DNA from: a bacterium
GTDB taxonomy: Bacteria > Elusimicrobiota > Elusimicrobia > UBA1565 > UBA9628
Direction of reading: 5' to 3'
Assembly: GCA_021810245.1 (NCBI GenBank)
Contig: JAJZJF010000004.1
Coordinates: 1 to 62,588, forward strand
Length of the DNA stretch: 62,588 nucleotides
Shown here: piece after piece, positions 18,486 through 26,714 of the stretch
How positions within the stretch are numbered: position 1 is the first letter of the stretch
Layout of the letters: every line of letters begins with the position of its first letter
Notes under the pieces: model-generated
Database searches by the model: none
What the model saw: only the letters and a program-made list of their open reading frames with translations
Told to the model about the DNA's origin: nothing
Made by a program: the position numbers and the translations under genes

Positions 18486-18931
18486 CCGCCCCAGCCGACT
18501 TTGACGACGCCCATTCCGAAATCAAAGACTAGCCGTCCGCCGAGATAGGCCGTGGAAAGAAGAAGTCCAAGGCAAAGCGCCCATGCTATCAGTTGGGGCT
18601 TAAAATCTTTTTTGCGAAAAATTCTCCAGATTGACAAAACGCTAAAAACTCCGACCGTCCAAAAAGCGCGGGTTTTGTGATCGGAAATAACTTCCCAAGC
18701 CTCGGGCACGTGTGGAGCCTTGTCTTCGGCTAAAAGCCCAAGCCCCATCGCCGCCCAAGCTCCAAGAGTTCCCAGCCACAAAAGCCAGGATGCCGCGTCG
18801 TCAATCCAGGTAAAGGCCGCTTTCTTTCGCAAAATGCCGGCGAAGAAGGCAGCGAAAAAGCCCAGCGATAAAAGCGCGATGGGAAAATGGACGGCAACGG
18901 GATGAAAAAGATAGAGAGGAGGAATTTTCAT
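18482..18931 (-). CDS. DUF2231-like integral membrane protein
   Basis: 149-aa 4-TM protein. N-terminal HPVAVHFPIALL is typical of DUF2231. Confidence 0.6.
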   Translation of the reverse strand: MKIPPLYLFHPVAVHFPIALLSLGFFAAFFAGILRKKAAFTWIDDAASWLLWLGTLGAWAAMGLGLLAEDKAPHVPEAWEVISDHKTRAFWTVGVFSVLSIWRIFRKKDFKPQLIAWALCLGLLLSTAYLGGRLVFDFGMGVVKVGWGG

Positions 18932-18934
18932 GAC

Positions 18935-18974
18935 AAAAAAGGGACAGTCTCATTGAGACTGTCCCTTGTCTTTT
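18935..18974 (-). terminator. intrinsic terminator (11-bp stem GGGACAGTCTC/GAGACTGTCCC)
   Basis: The hairpin is followed on the minus strand by TTTTTTG. It sits immediately downstream of the 18982..19395 CDS and shares the AAAAAAGGGACAGTC arm with the palindromes at 4479 and 8275. Confidence 0.8.
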
Positions 18975-18981
18975 GCCGAAC

Positions 18982-19395
18982 TTAGCTTTTTACTTTTTCG
19001 ACTTTGTCGACGATCAAGGCTTTAAGACCGCCTTTGTGGGTCATGTCGCCCGTGACTTTAACGAGTTTTGCCGCTAATTTTTTTGCGGAATCATAGGCGG
19101 ATTGTTTTTCATGGTTGTTGACTAGAAGGAAAAGAGAGCCCTTTTTCGTCAATAATCCCATAGGGGAGCCGTCGGCCAGGCATTTCTTGGCGCACTCGGC
19201 GTGTTTGGCCCCTTTAGCTCCGTGGCTAAGGTAGCAGGCCAAATCCACGATTTCGCCGGTGACGGTTTTATCCGCGGCTTCGTGTTTTTCGCCTTTCATG
19301 TTCATTCCCTTCATATGGCCCATGGATTGGGACCAGGCGAAGGGGGTTGCGGCCATCGCTGAGGCGGCCAACAGCGCGATCATTGTTTTCTTCAT
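18982..19395 (-). CDS. exported Met/His/Lys-rich protein, unknown function
   Basis: Signal peptide MKKTMIALLAASAMAATPFAWS, then MGHMKGMNMKGEKHE and a 4-Cys segment CYLSHGAKGAKHAECAKKC. Confidence 0.6.
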   Translation of the reverse strand: MKKTMIALLAASAMAATPFAWSQSMGHMKGMNMKGEKHEAADKTVTGEIVDLACYLSHGAKGAKHAECAKKCLADGSPMGLLTKKGSLFLLVNNHEKQSAYDSAKKLAAKLVKVTGDMTHKGGLKALIVDKVEKVKS

Positions 19396-19508
19396 TTTAT
19401 TCTCCTAGAGCTTCTCATCACTCATTTCCGAAGCTCCGACGATAGTCTATCATTTAACTCAAGTATGGGTCAAAATAAGCGCTGGCTGTTGTGGTAGGTT
19501 GGGATACC

Positions 19509-20960
19509 CTATTTAGAGGAGGAAAGAAGAGATTTCGCGGCGTTAACGACGATATCGGTCACCGCCGGGCCGACGGAATTTGTCTCCTCATAATGATCGC
19601 CCTTGGGGCGCGGCTCCATGATGAGATCGCGCGTGACCTTAAAATCATATCCCGGAACCATGTATCCCAGCTCGTCATTGGCGAGTCCCGCGACGATTTT
19701 GATTTTTCCCGGAATTTCGCTCCATAGATAAGGGCCTTTTGGCGCTTTTGAGAGATCCGGCGGATTGGGGTTTGAGGGTTTGATGAGAGGATGTCCAAAG
19801 CGGTAGCGACCGTGATATCCGCCGATGACCAATTCCGGGAATATCTCGCCGGGAATGCCCAGAATTGTCAGCGGGCCGACGCGAATTAAACTGACCTCGC
19901 TTTTGACCCAGGGGCTTTCTTTAGGTTTGAGAAGATGAAAAGCGTGCTTGAGGGCAATCCAATAGGGACTTTCTTTGAGGGGCGCGCCATCTTTTAAAAA
20001 GAGCTTGTGCCCAAAAACCAGGGAATAGAGAAAAAGAAGGTATCTCGAATTTTGAACGGGAATTAAAACCGTTTGGCTTGAAACGGAAATTTTCGAGGCG
20101 TTGATGGGGGTTGCGCGCGGCAGATTTTGAAGCGCGAAATCGGCGATGGCTTTCCCGATGCGATTATTTTCTTCCCAAGAGCCGTCTTTCCCTTTCGTTT
20201 CCTCCGGCGTGAGAAGACCTCCGATGGGGCCGTTGATAAAAACGCAGGTCCCGCCAGATTTTTTCTCCATGCGATCGCAGAGAACTCCCGGAAAATCAGC
20301 GGTCAAGAATTGATTGGAGTGGTTGAGAACTTCCGCGTGACAGGGCCAGTGGACGATATTGGCGACGGTTTTTCGGTCGAGGCTTTCAACGTGGACGACG
20401 GAAAAGTAAGGATCGATGACGACCGGATCCCGGCTGTCGCGGCAAAGCCCGTTGGGCGGCAACTCCCTGGTCACTCCAGAAAGTCGAACGGGCTTAAGAT
20501 TTTGCGACAATTGATTTATTTTTTTCGCGACGGCGGACTCGATTCTTTGAAGATATTGAGAATTGACGCCGGAGACCCCGGGCCAGGGCCCCCAAAGCCC
20601 CAAGGTGTCCGGACCGGAGTGGTCATGGGTCGAGGCGACAAAAAGATACTTTCCGGGTTGGTTAAAGCCCGAGAGTTTTCTGAGATCCTTGACCTGATTG
20701 CGGAAAAACCCGATGAGATCGAGTCCCACAATCGCCAAGGTTTCTTTTTTGTTTGAGATAACGATTATTCGCGCGTAAAGCGGATCGTGAACGCCGACGG
20801 GGTTTCGCCCCATAAATCCATATCCAGCGAGATAGGTCTTTTCGGTCTTGATGTTTGGCGTAATATCGACCTTGCCCGCAGCCGCCAACATTTCCGCGCG
20901 TGCGGCGACGGAGGCGAAAAAGCTCATGGCAAGTAAAGCCGCGATTTTTAATGACCGCAT
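19509..20960 (-). CDS. neutral/alkaline ceramidase-like hydrolase (exported)
   Basis: 483-aa ORF with a signal peptide. The N-terminal region (GKVDITP ... LAGYG ... DPLYARIIV ... VASTHDHSGPD) resembles the neutral ceramidase N-terminal domain. Confidence 0.55.
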   Translation of the reverse strand: MRSLKIAALLAMSFFASVAARAEMLAAAGKVDITPNIKTEKTYLAGYGFMGRNPVGVHDPLYARIIVISNKKETLAIVGLDLIGFFRNQVKDLRKLSGFNQPGKYLFVASTHDHSGPDTLGLWGPWPGVSGVNSQYLQRIESAVAKKINQLSQNLKPVRLSGVTRELPPNGLCRDSRDPVVIDPYFSVVHVESLDRKTVANIVHWPCHAEVLNHSNQFLTADFPGVLCDRMEKKSGGTCVFINGPIGGLLTPEETKGKDGSWEENNRIGKAIADFALQNLPRATPINASKISVSSQTVLIPVQNSRYLLFLYSLVFGHKLFLKDGAPLKESPYWIALKHAFHLLKPKESPWVKSEVSLIRVGPLTILGIPGEIFPELVIGGYHGRYRFGHPLIKPSNPNPPDLSKAPKGPYLWSEIPGKIKIVAGLANDELGYMVPGYDFKVTRDLIMEPRPKGDHYEETNSVGPAVTDIVVNAAKSLLSSSK

Positions 20961-20998
20961 ATCATGATTCTACATTAATATTGTAAAATCAAGAAGTT

Positions 20999-21070
20999 GA
21001 GCTCGTAGCTCAGGGGTAGAGCATTCGCCTTTTAAGCGAGGGGTCGTGGGTTCGAATCCCACCGGGCTCA
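20999..21070 (+). tRNA. tRNA-Lys (anticodon TTT)
   Basis: Cloverleaf: acceptor GAGCTCG/CGGGCTC, D-arm GCTC-AGGGGTA-GAGC, anticodon loop CTTTTAA, T-arm GTGGG-TTCGAAT-CCCAC. Confidence 0.9.
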
Positions 21071-21108
21071 TATGTTTTAAGGTCAAGTGGGATTCGAAGC
21101 TGACGGAC

Positions 21109-21130
21109 AAAAGCCAAGGGTTTGGCTTTT
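21109..21130 (+). terminator. intrinsic terminator after tRNA-Lys
   Basis: AAAAGCCAA-GGGT-TTGGCTTTT hairpin with a T-run. Confidence 0.6.
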
Positions 21131-21183
21131 AGACGCAGCGGGCTGCGGAGGAGATTGGAGCGCAGCGGAAATCGGAGGAGCAG

Positions 21184-21212
21184 GAATCCCACCGGGCTTA
21201 TAGGTTTTAGGT
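21184..21212 (+). repeat. direct repeat of the tRNA-Lys 3' end plus its downstream flank
   Basis: GAATCCCACCGGGCTTATAGGTTTTAGGT matches GAATCCCACCGGGCTCATATGTTTTAAGGT at 21054-21083. Confidence 0.7.
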
Positions 21213-21216
21213 ATTC

Positions 21217-21291
21217 GCCCCCGTCGTCTAACGGCTAGGACGCAGCCCTTTCAAGGCTAAAACACGAGTTCGACTCTCGTCGGGGGCACCA
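21217..21291 (+). tRNA. tRNA-Glu (anticodon TTC)
   Basis: Acceptor GCCCCCG/CGGGGGC, anticodon loop CTTTCAA, T-arm ACGAG-TTCGACT-CTCGT, encoded CCA. Confidence 0.85.
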
Positions 21292-21306
21292 GATTTAATT
21301 CTTCTA

Positions 21307-21335
21307 TTGACAGTCCTCTTCTTGTCCGTTACACT
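21307..21335 (+). promoter_or_regulatory. sigma70-type promoter of pilin cassette 1
   Basis: TTGACA (21307-21312), 17-nt spacer, TACACT (21330-21335). The GTTACACTT context is shared with the cassette 2 promoter. Confidence 0.65.
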
Positions 21336-21356
21336 TTAGACGTTAGGCGCCTCAAA

Positions 21357-24011
21357 GTGAAACAATCCTCGGGAATTTCCGTTATAGAACTGATGGTCAC
21401 CGTGGCTTTAATCGCCATCGGGGCGATGGCTTTTATCAGCGCTTTTCAGGGCATTAACCGCGCGCTACAATCGGCGAGGATGCGGACCATTGCGACCAAT
21501 TTAGCGCAGGAAGAAGTCGAATATCTGAAAAATTTTTCTTATTACACTCTCTTGGTTACAACCTCAACTTCTATCAATAGCGATTTCAGTCCAAGCCTGA
21601 GTTATGACAATGCCTCTTATCCGCCTCAGAGCTTTAGTTATTGGGGAAATTCTCTTACTCGCGCGGTTTACATTCAATATGCGACCCCGGTCAATGGGCA
21701 GATGCAGACCTTGCCTTATACCGCCAATGATCCCGGGCTAAAAATGATTACCGTTTACGTCTGGTGGAATGACGGAGCCGGTTGGCGGGAAGTGGAGATG
21801 CAAAATCTGCTGGAAAACCCCAATGTCTCGACTTTAAATTCTCAGATTACCGGTTTTGTTTATGACTCTTCTTCTGGCAATAGCCCTTTATCTGGAGCGA
21901 TTGTCAGCGTTTTGGGCAGTCCGCAGTGGAATACGGAATCTTCCTTAAACGGGAGCTTTAGCTTAAGCGTTGCCGCTGGGTCTTATACTGTTGTTGCCTC
22001 ATCCATTGGATTTTTCTCCGCCTCTTCTCCTCTTTTATCCGCGCCCTCGGGCGGATCTGTGAGCCAAAATTTTTACTTAACTCAGATGGCTTCCGGGACG
22101 GTTGTCGCCAACAGCGTCTATTTCTCTGGAAATGTCCTCATTAGTCAAATCGTGGCCGACACAAAAACCGTGGTTGGCGACGGCAGCGCCCAAGATGTCC
22201 AGTATGTCGAGCTTTTTAACCCAACGACAGGAGTTGTCTCGGTGGCAAGCGATATCTCCGGGCCGGGATGCGCTAATTCCGTCACGCCCTTCATTCAAAT
22301 GAACTATTATTGCGGAAATGGGGCTAGTTGTACCTCAAGCGATCAAGCCCCTATCGCCCTTTGTTATATTTCCTCATCCGTTGAGTCCGGCTCCTATTAC
22401 TTGATTGCCAATACCACGGAAACTTTTACCGTGGCGGGAGAAACCGTTTCCCCCGACGCTTATTTCAAGAATAATTATTATCCCGATGATAACTGGCCCA
22501 CGACGGAGATCATTCAAGCGGGTCATGCCGGAGTGGTTCAGATTCAAGGCCCTGGCGCTGTGGGAAGCGGCGTAATTGATGAAGTCGGTTGGTCCAACAC
22601 CGCCAATGGACATAACCCTGTTTTGGCTTGGGGTAACCCCATCCCTCAAAAAGGCGGAATCCAAAGTGGAGACCAGATTGTCCGGATGTCGAGCCCTTGT
22701 GCGGTCATTGCCGGTTTAGGGCGGGCCTATGATACCCAGGATAACGCCGATAATTTTGGATATGACACCACAGGAGTGGGGGGGAGTTATTTTTTAAACC
22801 CGGCATATGACACTTTGTCTTCCACTCAGACCGTGATTTCCGGAGATCCCGCCATTGGCGGATACGCGTCTGCCGATGATGGGCTTTCCGCGCCGAGCCC
22901 GATCTTTGAACTGCTTTTACCCAATTCTTTTGATCCCACTCCGCCTGCTGGATATTGTCCCTATGCGAGTTTTAATTTGACCAATGTCGCGACGGGAACC
23001 TGGACGGTGGTAGTCGCAAGCGGCGCTTATCAACAGAGTATTTCCAGCGTTACTATTTCTTATTCCGGGCAAACTATTTCCGTCCTCAATTCTTTCACCG
23101 CGCCGGTTTCTTCTTTCGCTCCTGTTGGATTTTTGCCGCTTTCTTCCGCCGCCTTGGGCGGATATATCGCCGGGACGGTGACGAGCGTTCAGGGAACTCC
23201 TCTTAGCGGAATTACCGTTTTAGGCGGGGCTTCTAGCGCACTGACTAATTCATCGGGGTTTTATTTTCTTTCTTCCTCGACCGGTACGGCCGCCTTGGGA
23301 ACCGCCGTGTCCTTGTCAGTCAACCCCAATCAGCAAAACCCGCTTTATGTGAGCGCAACAGCTTCGGTCAATGTCTATTCTGGAGAGGTGACGGTTCAGA
23401 ATTTTACCCTTTCTCAGGGCGGGGAAATCATCGGCTATGCGACGAGCGGCCTTTCGGTTTTGCCTGGCATCGTTTTTGTCGCCTCTAACACCGAAACTAC
23501 CCAGGCCGGGACTACCGATGACACCGGGCATTTTTATATCCCGAATTTAACCACCGGGACTTATACGGTTATTCCGCAGCTTTCTTCAGGGCAAACCTCA
23601 AGCCCGGCCCAGGCTTCTGTCAATGTGGGCAGCGGAAATCTGGAAGTTTTTTCCGCGAGTTTTACCATTTCCGGAATCATGGGAACTTTTAGTGGAACTG
23701 TTTCGGCGGGCGGCAATCCCGTGACTACGGGAGTGATCATTATGGCTTCGACGGGTACGCTCTCTTATCCGCCGCCCAACATCACTGGATCCGGCGCGGG
23801 GCAAATTTATTATGCGACGATGAGTCAGCCCGATGGCAGCTATTCCTTGCCGGTCAGGGGAAGCAACTCTTCGACTACGTACACCTACAATCTTTTGGCG
23901 ATCTACCCTTCGGTTGACGAAGGAAATGGAGCGGTCAGCGTTGTTTCTCAAACGCAGTCCGGCTCTGTCAATGCCGGACAAACCCAGGCGGTTAATTTTA
24001 CCGGATTATGA
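21357..24011 (+). CDS. giant prepilin-type (PilV-like) protein with lamin-tail domain and CarboxypepD_reg-like repeats
   Basis: 884 aa. N-terminal class-III signal / N-methylation motif G-ISVIELMVTVALIAIG, then a PilV-like segment (IATNLAQEEVEYL). Beta-sandwich repeats (ITGFVYD..GAIVSV..GSFSLSVAAGSYTVVASSIGF). LTD signature VLISQIV...VQYVELFNPT. Confidence 0.8.
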   Translation: MKQSSGISVIELMVTVALIAIGAMAFISAFQGINRALQSARMRTIATNLAQEEVEYLKNFSYYTLLVTTSTSINSDFSPSLSYDNASYPPQSFSYWGNSLTRAVYIQYATPVNGQMQTLPYTANDPGLKMITVYVWWNDGAGWREVEMQNLLENPNVSTLNSQITGFVYDSSSGNSPLSGAIVSVLGSPQWNTESSLNGSFSLSVAAGSYTVVASSIGFFSASSPLLSAPSGGSVSQNFYLTQMASGTVVANSVYFSGNVLISQIVADTKTVVGDGSAQDVQYVELFNPTTGVVSVASDISGPGCANSVTPFIQMNYYCGNGASCTSSDQAPIALCYISSSVESGSYYLIANTTETFTVAGETVSPDAYFKNNYYPDDNWPTTEIIQAGHAGVVQIQGPGAVGSGVIDEVGWSNTANGHNPVLAWGNPIPQKGGIQSGDQIVRMSSPCAVIAGLGRAYDTQDNADNFGYDTTGVGGSYFLNPAYDTLSSTQTVISGDPAIGGYASADDGLSAPSPIFELLLPNSFDPTPPAGYCPYASFNLTNVATGTWTVVVASGAYQQSISSVTISYSGQTISVLNSFTAPVSSFAPVGFLPLSSAALGGYIAGTVTSVQGTPLSGITVLGGASSALTNSSGFYFLSSSTGTAALGTAVSLSVNPNQQNPLYVSATASVNVYSGEVTVQNFTLSQGGEIIGYATSGLSVLPGIVFVASNTETTQAGTTDDTGHFYIPNLTTGTYTVIPQLSSGQTSSPAQASVNVGSGNLEVFSASFTISGIMGTFSGTVSAGGNPVTTGVIIMASTGTLSYPPPNITGSGAGQIYYATMSQPDGSYSLPVRGSNSSTTYTYNLLAIYPSVDEGNGAVSVVSQTQSGSVNAGQTQAVNFTGL

Positions 24012-24514
24012 AATATCTTGGAGGCTGGCGGTTTCGCGGAGGATATACCCTCATAGAAATCATGGTAACGGTCGCGATCGTGTCGGTCGTGGCCGCTTTG
24101 ATTTCTCCTTTGTTGACTAATATGACGAGTTTTTGGCGGCTGACCCAGGCTCGAGCGGTCATTGAACGAGACGCCCGCGTGTCCATGGACTTAATGAACC
24201 GCGCCATTCGTCAAGCGCAGAGTTCGACGATTCTTATCTCTAATTATCCGCAACAACCACCCTATTCCGCCATCAGCTTTACCGATATCAAGGGAAATTC
24301 GGTCTCTTTCTATCAACAGGGAAATTATCTCTACGAAAAATTCAACACCACCATCTCGATGTTGACGAAAAATTTAGAATTCGTTTCTTTTACTTTTCCA
24401 GACAGCTCGGACCCCGGCATTTTGTCGGTGGCGATGACGACCCAGAAAAGCACCTATTTGGGCCGCAGCAAGGCTTTGGAGCTGTCTATCGAAGAAGTGC
24501 GGGTAATGAACTGA
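24008..24514 (+). CDS. pseudopilin / minor pilin (prepilin-type N-terminal domain)
   Basis: 168 aa. GGYTLIEIMVTVAIVSVVAAL motif with Glu at +5. Start overlaps the upstream stop. Confidence 0.8.
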   Translation: MKYLGGWRFRGGYTLIEIMVTVAIVSVVAALISPLLTNMTSFWRLTQARAVIERDARVSMDLMNRAIRQAQSSTILISNYPQQPPYSAISFTDIKGNSVSFYQQGNYLYEKFNTTISMLTKNLEFVSFTFPDSSDPGILSVAMTTQKSTYLGRSKALELSIEEVRVMN

Positions 24515-25779
24515 TGAAAAATTTATCGAAGAATCAGTCGCCTGGACAAATTTCAATTGGAGCGATGGCTCTTTTGGTTGGACTGATGATTTTAGGCGCC
24601 GCGATGGTTTCTTATATTGTCTATGAATCAAAATGGACCGTCAAGGAACAGAAAACGACCACGGCCTTTCAGTTGGCCGAAGCCGCGACCGAGCGCGGCT
24701 ATTGGGAGATCAGCCAATTGAGCTCTCCAACGGCCAATATTCCCATTGCCGGATATAATTTTGACCAGGAATATAACGACCTTGCCGGCGGGGCCTACGC
24801 GATTCAAATCTCCAGCGACTCCTCAAGCGATATCATCATCACCGGCATCGGACGGGACAATCTAAAAAAGGAAACTCGTGAAATTCAGTCTTTATATGAA
24901 AATGGGGGCGGCGGAAAAAACGCGATCGTCGGCGGAGGAGGGGTGGATGAGAGCGGAACGAATATGCATGTTGAGTGGGGGGCGATTATCAGCCAAAGTT
25001 CGATGACAGCGAATTCTTCAAGGCTTCACCCGTCGTTGTGGAGCAGCGGCGAAATCGCGCCTTTTGATACCAGCAATACTCCGCCTAACTGCGATTCTCC
25101 CAATTGTTGGTGGTGGCATGCTTATGACTCTAATTTGCCTCCGATGCCTTCTCTTAACTTCAATTATTATGAGAATCTGGCCCAGTCCGAGGGCGCCAGT
25201 CCTTGCGGCGGCAGTTACTACACCAACGGGAATCGATCGGGGGGCTGTAATGATTTAAGCGGGAACACTTATTACGTAACCGGCAACTGGACTTCGTTTG
25301 ACGGCCCTATAACGGGCAATGTCATTGTGTTGGGAGACGTGACGACTCCTAATGGAGCTCTTAGCGGAGCATCCATTAATGCTCCCATGCCGCAAAACGC
25401 ATGGGCGCAATACTGCAATGATTGGAATTTTTATCTAACGACTTATAACGACACCTACGCCCAATCTCACTATCCAAGCAATTGTCCGGGGCTCAGCAGC
25501 AGTTATTTGTCCTCGCCTTCCATCACCTATTCCATCAGTCCGGCCGTTCAAGGGCTTCTTTATGTGGGAGGCGATTTTACCGGGCCCAACGGCGGAGGAA
25601 ATAGCGTTCTTGTGTTTGGAGTTTTAATGGTCGCCGGAAAGGTCCATCTCAATTCTAATTCCCACGTCGCTGTTTATTATGACGCGAATGTCGGCAATAA
25701 TCTTAAGGTTACCAAGACCAGCTACTCGCGGGTTTCATGGAAGGAAATTCAGCCGGTCTGGCCAAGTGGGCTGCCGTAA
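24514..25779 (+). CDS. PilX-like large pseudopilin
   Basis: 421 aa. N-terminal hydrophobic helix without Glu5. PilX_N-like TTAFQLAEAATERGYWE. Gly/Asn/Trp/Cys-rich C-terminal region. Confidence 0.7.
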   Translation: MKNLSKNQSPGQISIGAMALLVGLMILGAAMVSYIVYESKWTVKEQKTTTAFQLAEAATERGYWEISQLSSPTANIPIAGYNFDQEYNDLAGGAYAIQISSDSSSDIIITGIGRDNLKKETREIQSLYENGGGGKNAIVGGGGVDESGTNMHVEWGAIISQSSMTANSSRLHPSLWSSGEIAPFDTSNTPPNCDSPNCWWWHAYDSNLPPMPSLNFNYYENLAQSEGASPCGGSYYTNGNRSGGCNDLSGNTYYVTGNWTSFDGPITGNVIVLGDVTTPNGALSGASINAPMPQNAWAQYCNDWNFYLTTYNDTYAQSHYPSNCPGLSSSYLSSPSITYSISPAVQGLLYVGGDFTGPNGGGNSVLVFGVLMVAGKVHLNSNSHVAVYYDANVGNNLKVTKTSYSRVSWKEIQPVWPSGLP

Positions 25780-25843
25780 CCAATCGCCAAAAAGATAGAA
25801 TGGTCTGCACAGTTTATAAAAATCGTTAGCGAGGATTCAGGAC

Positions 25844-26392
25844 GTGGAATTTGAACTTGTCCTTGGAAAGCTTTTAGAGGGATTTGAAGAACGCGGCATC
25901 CGCTATGCGGCCATTGGAGGCTACGCCCTGGGTTTCTGGGGAGTTTCCCGCGCGACCGGGGATGTTGATTTTATCGTCCTTAAAGAAGATGTGGAAAAAC
26001 TTGATTTACTGATGGCCTCTCTTGGCTATAAGCGGATATTCTTTAGCGACAACGTCTCCCAATATCAGGGAGATATATTTCCCGTTTGGGGTTATGTCGA
26101 TTTTCTTCACGCCTTTAGGCCCTTGGGCTTGCGCATCGTTGAAGAGGCCGTCGAAAAAAGGATTTTTGACAAAAAAATTAAAATCGCCTGCCCAGAAGAT
26201 ATTATCGGGCTCAAACTTCAGGCGCTTTGCAATTCCGAACCTGGGAGCCGGGATCAAGACAGTGTTGATATTAAGTCTTTAGTCAAGGCGAATTGCGGTT
26301 CTCTGGATTGGAGCCGAGTTGAAGAATACTATAAAATTTTTGGCATGGAAGCCGCGTATAAGGCATTGAAGGATCAATTTTGTGTTCAGTAA
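25844..26392 (+). CDS. putative nucleotidyltransferase-fold protein
   Basis: 182 aa. GTG start with GAGGA 9 nt upstream. IGGYALGFWGVSRATGDVDFIV resembles the GG...R.T.D.D motif of the AbiEii/DUF-type NTase families. Confidence 0.5.
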   Translation: MEFELVLGKLLEGFEERGIRYAAIGGYALGFWGVSRATGDVDFIVLKEDVEKLDLLMASLGYKRIFFSDNVSQYQGDIFPVWGYVDFLHAFRPLGLRIVEEAVEKRIFDKKIKIACPEDIIGLKLQALCNSEPGSRDQDSVDIKSLVKANCGSLDWSRVEEYYKIFGMEAAYKALKDQFCVQ

Positions 26393-26588
26393 AGAAGAGA
26401 AGCTCGGTTTTCTGGAAGATGCGCAGTCGTTAGAACGCCGAAAGGATTTTGATCGGATGCGAGAAAACGTTTTTTCTCGCCGATGGACTCCTGAAGAGCA
26501 TGCGTCATTTCTAACGGCGATGAGCCGACATTTCGGGAGCCAAATTAGACATCCGATTCCCGTAGACAACGGGAAGTTCCTCATTTAG
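26382..26588 (+). CDS. hypothetical small protein
   Basis: 68-aa ORF overlapping the upstream gene by 11 nt. Its TAG stop is the first triplet of repeat copy A. Confidence 0.4.
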   Translation: MFSKEEKLGFLEDAQSLERRKDFDRMRENVFSRRWTPEEHASFLTAMSRHFGSQIRHPIPVDNGKFLI

Positions 26589-26680
26589 GCACTTTCGCCG
26601 TCGCCAACAGCTTTTCCCAAGCAAAATCTCGAAATACCTCTAGGCCTTTTGCCGGAAGCCCTCTAGGTCCTTGGGCCCAT
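26586..26680 (+). repeat. 95-bp intergenic repeat, copy A (3' element plus TAGG promoter module, copy 3)
   Basis: TAGGCACTTTCGCCGTCGCCAACAGCTTTTCCCAAGCAAAATCTCGAAATACCTCTAGGCCTTTTGCCGGAAGCCCTCTAGGTCCTTGGGCCCA. About 90 percent identical by eye to copy B. TAGG at 26641 and 26664. TATTCT at 26702-26707 is 38 nt from the proximal TAGG. Confidence 0.85.
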
Positions 26681-26714
26681 GCGAGAAATAAAGATGCGTG
26701 ATATTCTCTTTATG

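Noticed and set aside
21085-21200. A complete third tRNA, or a tRNA intron, between tRNA-Lys and tRNA-Glu.
   Set aside because: Only the last ~16 nt of a T-arm and acceptor are present. No D-arm, anticodon arm or 5' acceptor strand can be folded from the preceding sequence.
26586-26664. TAG read-through or recoding. Two ORFs stop exactly at the TAG that opens the repeat, and the repeat stays open in that frame for about 25 codons.
   Set aside because: The differences between copies are not biased to synonymous positions. The third copy (28116) is not in frame with the preceding gene. The continuation peptide (ALSPSPTAFPKRNLEIPLGLLPE..) has no recognisable features. Coincidence with ORF calling is the simpler explanation.
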